A DNA stretch of 64,000 bases from contig NC_043003.1 in the NCBI RefSeq assembly GCF_006345805.1, positions 87,854,001 to 87,918,000 on the forward strand, given 5' to 3'. A program made the translations under genes and the position numbers. Positions 61,365-64,000 of this stretch are shown here, one piece after another. Every line of letters begins with the position of its first letter. Position 1 is the stretch's first letter. The stretch comes from Octopus sinensis. Its lineage: Eukaryota. The notes below the pieces were generated by a model. The model was not told the DNA's origin, did not search any database, and saw only the letters and a program-made list of their open reading frames with translations.

Positions 61365-63189
61365 GTAAGTTTCATTATATTATCAAAACAGAAGACTGGC
61401 AAAATTTGATATACTTTTAATTCCATGTTACAGGATAGGAATTAGAAAGATAGACATGTAGGGAAAACATATATAGAATCTCTTTGTGTAGTTTTTCAGA
61501 CAAAGATTAAAAAATATTACTTTTGAATCTCTATCTGAAGGTTAACATATATAAATATACATATAAAGCATTGAATGCAAGTTATGATAGGTCAAACTAA
61601 AAATAAGTAAACAAATATTTAAAAAGAAAGAAAGTTAAAGATAGAAATTGTTTACTGTGTCATGAAATGAATTTTGCATTTTAGACTATCATAGTTTCTG
61701 AATAGAACAATCATAGAGTATATATTGGATGGGTTTTTATGTGTCTGTGTCAACTTCGATTTTCATACTTTTTGGGTTGATACCAACTGAGCACTGAAGT
61801 TAATGCAATCAACTAGACATCTCCCCCAAAACTGCAGGCTTTGTGCCTACAGCAGAATTATTATTATATTTGGTTAATACTATTATCTAAAATGCAAAGT
61901 TTGCCTCTTGAAATCTCTATATCTATTTTTTGTGTAATTACTTATTTTTATTTTGACTTCTCTCAACAATGCTTGATATATGTGTGTTTTTACTAACGCG
62001 GAATATAGATGTCACTGTGACCTGGCCCTGAATCCACCTTCTGCTGATAATCATAAAAACATGCCCAAATACACTCTTTTATTCTATTCATGAAACAATA
62101 AACAATCTGTATTTCTCTTTGCTTTTTTGGATATGTTCTATTTATATATTTTTATTTTGACTTGTCTTCACATGTATTCAATATTCTATACGTGTATGAA
62201 AGTGTGTGTGTGCATCCATATTTTGTTTTTTAACCCCCGGTCCAATGCCCAGACAGCATCTAAAACTATATTAAAAGAACTGATAACAAAATAACAGAAC
62301 AGTTTGGAAGTCGCTTTTAAGTGAGAAACTCAGTCCCATATCAGGGACCTTGTACTATGTGTGTGTGTGTATATATATATATATATAGTTGCTATTACGT
62401 TAAACTGTCCTATGTCCAAATTTGGCCAAATGCATTTTTTTTTTTCCAACATTTATTTTTGCTTGCAATAGTTGGTTCCTTTGGTCAAACTATTGTATTT
62501 CCAGCTACTTCAGATGCTTGAGATATCAAAAATTGTCAAGTAGTACAGCCGTTTTGCTATGGAATGGTGAAACTATTTTTTCACTTTCTGAAAAAGCAGA
62601 CTTAGAACACTCTTCCATAATAGCAACAATATATATAAGAAGAAAAAGAAAGTACTCAGTGTTAAATGTATTTGGTTAACTATATGAAATGATCATACAC
62701 CAATAAATGCAAGTAGAATAAATATCCTAGGTAATTCCTCATGTTTGACAAATAGATCCAAATATTGTTTAGAAGAATTTGAAGAAATTCAGATTATAAG
62801 GCAATAAAAAAAATCTGAATGAAGAAAATCATATCTTTAATTGGTGATTCCACCATACAATACCAACAATCATTTCTGTTGTATCAACATATTTAGATAC
62901 AGAAAATATTAGTTATTATATCTGAAAGTTCTCCCTATTTCTCCATTTGTTATTTGAATTAGGGAGTCTCTCAACTCAAAATCTATAAACAAGAATAAAA
63001 TTGATAGCGTGACTTGTGAAATTAATTCTAATGATAATTTTCCTGAACTAGATTTTGATACTTTAAGTAAAAGTAATTCTGACTCTCATAATACAGTTAG
63101 CACCTAGTTTTAATATTAATTATAAAACTTATAATAATCCTATCCTAAGACCTAATTCCGAGAGGAGGACTAGTAATAATTCTTTTAAC

Positions 63190-63560
63190 CACGAGTACCA
63201 AATACAAGTGAATAAATGCTTGTGTGATAGTAAAAGCAAAATCTGTCCTTTAGAAAATCACTGTTCAAAGAAAAATAGTGTATCAATGTATCAGTGTAAA
63301 GTAATAATAGGTGACCATAAGTATTATTACATAGGTTCCTCTGCTACAACTTGGAAATCCAGATTTCATACTCATTTTCATTCATTTAAGTATAGAAGGA
63401 AAGGTAATTCTACAAATCTTAGTAAATGCATTTGGGATTTAAAAAAGAACACGATATAAAGTGATCTATTATTAGTTATTTACCATTGTACAATACTGGT
63501 AATTTTAAATGTAATCTTTGCCTTGAAGAAATGTATTATATAATTACTTCTAAATTATTA
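63190..63560 (+). mobile_element. Penelope-like GIY-YIG endonuclease fragment
   Basis: CLC..CPLENHC..MYQCKV..YYIG..WKSRFHTH..STNLSKCIWDLK, then frameshifted SIISYLPLY..CNLCLEE. Confidence 0.78.
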
Positions 63561-64000
63561 AGTTATGATGATATTTAAATATTTCAATTCTTGATTACAA
63601 TTGCTTTTCCTAAAATAAAGTAAGTATTATTTTTCTAAAAATGTTTATCAAATTTAATAAATAAATAACTAATTTTTGTGACGCAGAATCTCTCTCTTTT
63701 TAACTGTCACAATGTTGAATTCATGTATTTATTTTGTATTCTTTTGTTATCCTTTTTTGTCACCAGAAGTTGAATTCTAAACTAGCTTTTCTTAGAATAT
63801 TATATTTCTTAACGTTCTTTTTATATGCATTCATCCACTTGAGGTATTTTCTTAGTTCACTTTGAATTTAACCAATTTTGGATTGCTTTGATTACATGTA
63901 AACATGTAATCAAATGTTCGGATGTAATTTAATTTGACTAATATTTTCTGTATCTAAATATTTTGATACGGCAGAAACAACTGTTAGAATTGTATGGTGG

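Overview
Eukaryotic, AT-rich, microsatellite- and transposon-dense DNA. The SINE families and RTE 3' tails resemble those I recall from octopus genomes, so the source is probably a coleoid cephalopod (inference). Two spliced genes point away from each other. (1) On the minus strand lie the first five coding exons of the MYST histone acetyltransferase KAT8/MOF (ATG at 12542; the gene runs off the window start). (2) On the plus strand is an unidentified low-complexity protein gene: predicted ATG exon at 33397, a 2.35-kb exon carrying a very young 30-bp coding tandem repeat, and three small exons; it probably continues past the window end. Most of the remainder is mobile DNA: three Helitron remnants, an RTE LINE, a TIR-intact mariner, three Penelope-like fragments, a decayed Gypsy, a pogo/Tigger, a 3-kb LTR element with a 5-bp TSD, two piggyBacs, SINEs and many foldback elements. 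The most unusual observations are: two near-identical, microhomology-bounded local templated insertions copied from Helitron DNA 2.6 and 3.5 kb away; an LTR element lacking both protease and integrase through in-frame junctions; a near-perfect 42-bp hairpin and large foldbacks inside introns (candidate ADAR substrates); and a coding repeat that appears to have evolved from KSPxK motifs. I found no clear new multi-gene system. All alignments were done by eye.
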